DNA of 57,932 nucleotides from Octopus bimaculoides (lineage: Eukaryota): the NCBI RefSeq assembly GCF_001194135.2, contig NC_068992.1, forward strand, positions 60,601,126 to 60,659,057. The letters run 5' to 3'. Of this stretch, positions 52,875 to 57,932 are shown one piece after another (positions within the stretch are counted from its first letter, which is position 1; every line of letters begins with the position of its first letter). The notes beneath the pieces are model-generated. The model worked only from the letters and a program-made list of their open reading frames with translations, was not told where the DNA came from and did no database searches. The position numbers were made by a program, and so were the translations under genes.

Positions 52875-53030
52875 TGGTGTGTGGTAAGAAACTTGCTTCG
52901 CAACCACATGATTCCGGGTTCAGTCTCATTGCGTAGCACCTTGGGCATGTGTCTTCTACTTTAGACTCGAGTCGACCAAAGCCTTGTGAGTGGATTAGGT
53001 AGACGGAAACTGAAAAAAAACCATCGTATA
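52875..53030 (+). mobile_element. SINE family B 5' half
   Basis: GTGTGGTAAGAAACTTGCTTCGCAACCACATGATTCCGGGTTCAGTC...GACCAAAGCCTTGTGAGTGGATT.GGTAGACGGAAACTGAAA. Confidence 0.85.
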
Positions 53031-53039
53031 TAATATTTA

Positions 53040-53392
53040 GGGTGTTGCATAAAGATCTCCCACATTTGGAGGAGGCAGCATGTGGATGTAAGTAAAGGTA
53101 GAGAAGCGGGGCAGGCTTCATTTGGAAAAAGAACAATGAAGCCTCTTCAAAGCCAGATCTTTTGAGATTACTGCATGAAGCTTGGCAAGAAATTCCTCAA
53201 GAGAATATTCGTCATCTGCTCATTAACATGCCTAATATGATTCTTGAATTGAAAACTGCAAGGAGCATGTCTAATAAATATTAAATACTCACATTATATA
53301 ACCATTAATAAATAATTTGAATATATAATTTCAGATTTAAATAACTTTTAACGATTATAAGGGTATCTATTTACTTCTGCCATGGCTGTGTA
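53040..53392 (+). mobile_element. Tc1/mariner-like transposon 3' remnant with right TIR and TA
   Basis: 53141-53284 translates to ASSKPDLLRLLHEAWQEIPQENIRHLLINMPNMILELKTARSMSNKY*, matching the Tc1 C-terminal pattern L..AW..IP.E.I..L..SMP.R...V..A.G..TKY. The end, read as reverse complement, is TA|CACAGCCATGGCAGAAGTAAATA. Confidence 0.75.
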
Positions 53393-55226
53393 TATGTAGC
53401 AATGTGTAGCCTTCTCGCAATTTGCCACCGTTAAATTTCACTCACAGAGTATTAGCCGAACATAAGTTGATGTTTGTAGTGAGATGGAACCCGGTAAAAC
53501 ATGTCTCAGTAACGATCTTCTTGACCACACATTCATACTACCGAATAGAAACGGAAGAAACATGTAACGCGTCTAATGAAAATAAAGGACATGAGTCTAT
53601 TCGAATTTCCAATTCTGCTAATTGCTAATCTTTCTTAAAATGAGATTTTAACTTGATAGTAACAGAACATGAAGGAAATTGAAATTTACCCCAAATTGAC
53701 AATTTCACAACGCAATTATGTAATAATTATTGGAAAGTTTTCCTTCGAAATCTCACTTTATTGATTATCTCTTTAGCATTCGTTAGTTTGATCTCGATGT
53801 AGCGTTCATTTTTACCAAGTTCCTTATAATGTAATAAACTCTTTGTGTGTGTTTGTGTGTGTGTGTGTGTGTATGTGTGTGTGTGTGTGTGTGTGTGCGT
53901 GCGTGTGCGTGCGTGTGTGTAAAAATCTATCCAACCCTGTCACAAGTTCAGTTAAAAGGATAGCTCGAGCATTTTATATATAAAAAAATCTGTAATTTTA
54001 ATTCATTTAAATGTTCCAACCCAGAGACTCTGAACATACTGGGGCACCGCCATTTAATTTAACTAATTTTTTTTTTTTACAGAAATCACGTTAAAGGCAT
54101 AAATCCATAAAAGCCTTGCGTTCAGTTAGTTTCAAATTAATAGCTTAGTATTATGATAACTAGCTTGTACTAAAAGCCAAACCCTTGTGCCATTTATCTT
54201 CCTTTATAGCAGATGCTTTACTCATATTTTAGAAGTGAAATACAATAAATGGCATGCGGGAGAGGAAGTTATATATACATGTTTTTTAGAACGATGGATC
54301 TCAAAGCAGATAAAAGTATATTAGTGTATAAAGGTAACCACCCCCCATTCGGTCATAAATGACCATGTGATGGCACCTAGAATGTACCGCTCCAATGTAC
54401 AAGTCCGGGCATAGTTCTTTATGGAACTATAAACATGACATGCGTTCTACCATTTGATCAAGAGAGTTCTTGAAATGTTTCTATCCACCCCATTTTAGAA
54501 ATGTTATTCTTACCAGCGAGAATTGTATGCTGTTGACATCATAAGAATTTATGAGCTTTGAGAGAAAGTGAAATAATACCGTACAAAGCAGATTCGTACA
54601 AATATATAATATAGATCTAAGATACGTTAGTTTTAAATCCCTCCGCGCCAGTCATGTGTATATTATCAGAGTAGCCAAGCAGTAAATGCTATTCTGGTCA
54701 GGAGTAACAATAATTAAATTATTTTATTTTATTTATTAATTCATTATAGAATATAAGGATAAAAATCACGTTAATGATTTTTATCAGGCAGTCAGCATGC
54801 TATAAAAAATTATAGGTGATTTATACATTAAATTAATAATAATATACAAATGTATATAATGATATTAAAGGAGAAAGGGCAAAAAGGACCTAACTCTAAC
54901 ATGCATAAAGTGCCGAGACCTGTATATAGGCGTGCGAATCTGCTTTGTAAGGTGTGTACAATTATTTGTACTTATATTGGCCGTCTATTTTACTGACGAA
55001 GGTACAAAGCCTGTTCTTTGATTTTAGTCCAGAAATTTGAGCCAAATCTCAATTAACGTGAAGTCTTTTAAATTTTTTAATATTCTTTCAATAGCACACT
55101 TTCAGTGTATATTTAATATGGAGTTTTGGCTAATTGTTTGAAGGACTCAGCACTTGAAGCATGTTGAAGTTAGGACATTATCGCCCTTGGTCCCTTAATA
55201 TAATTATATACATATGTATATTATTA

Positions 55227-55274
<48 letters not shown>

Positions 55275-55280
55275 GACTGA

Positions 55281-55551
55281 GAGTGCTAGAAACACCTACA
55301 TCACTAGAAATAAGAGCTAAACGCTCTAATGCCGCACTCAAAGCATATAATTGTACACATACATGCTGACAGAGACCGCAATCGACCGGAATTTTGCTGA
55401 AGAGGCTACAGCAAAGGCCGAAACTGACCGATTTTTCTGGAAATATCTCGACTGCTGCTTTTCGGCCGATTGCAATCCCTGCCAGCATGTGTGTATACAA
55501 CGATGTGCTTTGAGTGCAGTATTTTTATCAATGTTGGTTTCTAACGCACTC
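55281..55551. mobile_element. Foldback / MITE-like element with long imperfect inverted repeats
   Basis: 55334-55383 vs the reverse complement of 55468-55517 matches at 41/50, ungapped. The outer ends are GAGTGC-TAGAAAC and GTTTCTAACGCACTC. Confidence 0.8.
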
Positions 55552-55639
55552 AATAATGTTTAATGACGGTTATAGTTTTCCTCTATGGTACACATTTGCT
55601 TAATGCTGTCTAAATCAATTATACATATACATATACGCA

Positions 55640-55835
55640 AACCAGTCTTGGTATGTTTACGTCTTAATTGGTGTGTGATTACGTCATAATTTAGCGGATA
55701 ACAACACCGGAAGAGTATGAGTGCCAAACTTTACTCAAAGATGCCTGGTAAGGTATATTAGATCTACCAAACAGTTTAAGGTGGTGCCAGCAAAGCTTCA
55801 GTGACATAAACATAGAATAAGAGAATAAAAGAATG
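55640..55835 (+). mobile_element. SINE family B 3' half, old
   Basis: TGTTTACGTC...TAATTTAGCGG...AAGGTGGTGCCAGC...AATAAAAGAAT. Confidence 0.5.
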
Positions 55836-57059
55836 CACTGGATGCTCTGCTCTTTTGTCACTACATACACATAAATTCATACGGGCATACACACAGAGAA
55901 ACATACGCACACATATGTACAGAGTGGTATACAAACATGCATGCATACATTCATATATATATATATATAAAGATTGCCGATATTCTTATAATCGAACAGA
56001 ATCTCGTGCTAGTTAATTAACCATAATCACATTTCTCAAAGTTGGTATATATATNNNNNNNNNNNNNNNNNNNNNNNNNNNNNNNNNNNNNNNNNNNNNN
56101 NNNNNNNNNNNNNNNNNNNNNNNNNNNNNNNNNNNNNNNNNNNNNNNNNNNNNNNNNNNNNNNNNNNNNNNNNNNNNNNNNNNNNNNNNNNNNNNNNNNN
56201 NNNNNNNNNNNNNNNNNNNNNNNNNNNNNNNNNNNNNNNNNNNNNNNNNNNNNNNNNNNNNNNNNNNNNNNNNNNNNNNNNNNNNNNNNNNNNNNNNNNN
56301 NNNNNNNNNNNNNNNNNNNNNNNNNNNNNNNNNNNNNNNNNNNNNNNNNNNNNNNNNNNNNNNNNNNNNNNNNNNNNNNNNNNNNNNNNNNNNNNNNNNN
56401 NNNNNNNNNNNNNNNNNNNNNNNNNNNNNNNNNNNNNNNNNNNNNNNNNNNNNNNNNNNNNNNNNNNNNNNNNNNNNNNNNNNNNNNNNNNNNNNNNNNN
56501 NNNNNNNNNNNNNNNNNNNNNNNNNNNNNNNNNNNNNNNNNNNNNNNNNNNNNNNNNNNNNNNNNNNNNNNNNNNNNNNNNNNNNNNNNNNNNNNNNNNN
56601 NNNNNNNNNNNNNNNNNNNNNNNNNNNNNNNNNNNNNNNNNNNNNNNNNNNNNNNNNNNNNNNNNNNNNNNNNNNNNNNNNNNNNNNNNNNNNNNNNNNN
56701 NNNNNNNNNNNNNNNNNNNNNNNNNNNNNNNNNNNNNNNNNNNNNNNNNNNNNNNNNNNNNNNNNNNNNNNNNNNNNNNNNNNNNNNNNNNNNNNNNNNN
56801 NNNNNNNNNNNNNNNNNNNNNNNNNNNNNNNNNNNNNNNNNNNNNNNNNNNNNNNNNNNNNNNNNNNNNNNNNNNNNNNNNNNNNNNNNNNNNNNNNNNN
56901 NNNNNNNNNNNNNNNNNNNNNNNNNNNNNNNNNNNNNNNNNNNNNNNNNNNNNNNNNNNNNNNNNNNNNNNNNNNNNNNNNNNNNNNNNNTATATATACT
57001 TGGAATAGGATGCGTGGTGCTCAATCATATAATAATATCTGAATAATTCTGATGTAACT

Positions 57060-57365
57060 CTCTATTCTTCCTATTACTCTTTCGTTTTTTTTTCTATCTT
57101 CCTTTCTCTTATTCTTTTACCTCCTCTTCTCCCACTATTCTATTTATTTTATTCTTTTGTTTTCTCTCTTTCTTTCTCTTATTCTTTTACCTTCTTTTCT
57201 TCCACTATTCCATCCTTTTACTCTTTCGTTTTCTCGATTTCTTCCTCTTATTTTTCACCTCCCATTCTCCCCCTCTTTTTATCTCTGTTATCCTATCTCC
57301 AAGTCTTTTCTTCTCCCCTTCACAGTTCTCTGTCTGTCACTCTCTTCCCCTCACTCTTCCTCCTT
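57060..57365. repeat. Polypyrimidine (CT-rich) low-complexity tract
   Basis: Direct reading. Confidence 0.9.
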
Positions 57366-57368
57366 TGC

Positions 57369-57800
57369 TCACGTGGCTCCCACGTGACCATCAGCCATTT
57401 TTCGTTCTTCTTCTAACTTGTGTTCCTTTCTTTCCCCCTGTTGCAGCTGGTCAAGGAAGACGTATTTTTGTCTATCTCCTGTCCAAGCTTGTTTCTTCGC
57501 ATTCGCAGCCCTTCCTGTTGTTTTCACTGTCCTGTTTTTGTCACCAATTTTGACGCTCCACAAAATCCAAAATTTTATTTAATTTGCTTTGTGAGAGCAG
57601 CCGTTTTATCCAAGGCGTATCTTGTCATGAAATGCTCGAAATACAGATTAGAAAAACAGCCGACAACTGATGAAGGGTCGTTCTGTGTGATGTTTGCCTT
57701 GTTTTCCATTTGTTTCTGTCGTTGCTCGCAAAGAATGTTCATATTCCATCTCCCCGTACTTCGTACTTTTTGCTGTTTACGTTTTGTGACGTCCTGTGCC
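57369..57800 (+). mobile_element. Dispersed repeat family D, copy 2 (longer)
   Basis: Homologous to the reverse complement of 46348-46680, with about 100 extra bp at the 5' side. Confidence 0.7.
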
Positions 57801-57932
57801 CACATATGCATATGTATATACGTATACGTATTTATATGTGCATATATATATATATTTATATTATTTTATATGTATACATATATATATATAAATATTTATG
57901 TATATATCAATGAAGATAGATAGATAGATAGA

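Overview
AT-rich, repeat-saturated eukaryotic DNA from a draft assembly. Large N gaps lie at 4590-5094, 8127-8815, 22988-23667, 30137-30880, 31749-32214, 39165-39501, 40376-40846 and 56055-56990, most of them bordered by microsatellites. From recall rather than a search, the SINE families and the (TA)n/(CA)n/(GATA)n density best fit an octopus genome. I recognise no host protein-coding exon, rRNA, functional tRNA, CRISPR array or prokaryote-type system, so the window looks intronic or intergenic. Most ORFs in the supplied track are microsatellite or N-gap artefacts. Supportable content: (1) three tRNA-derived SINE families, called A, B and C here, in more than 25 copies or fragments; (2) a young 5'-truncated L1/Tx1-type LINE (3499-4297) with a perfect 15-bp target-site duplication inside an (ATCT)n array; (3) decayed reverse-transcriptase fragments of R4/Dong-like and RTE-like non-LTR elements; (4) Tc1/mariner remnants, a probable hAT-type MITE and a long foldback element; (5) two copies of a possibly Penelope-like repeat carrying a partial hammerhead-ribozyme geometry. 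The strongest lead is that one family-A SINE variant shares its last 42 nt (36/42 identical, ungapped) with the Tx1-like LINE, while other family-A copies carry a different tail. This suggests a SINE/LINE partnership and a tail swap.
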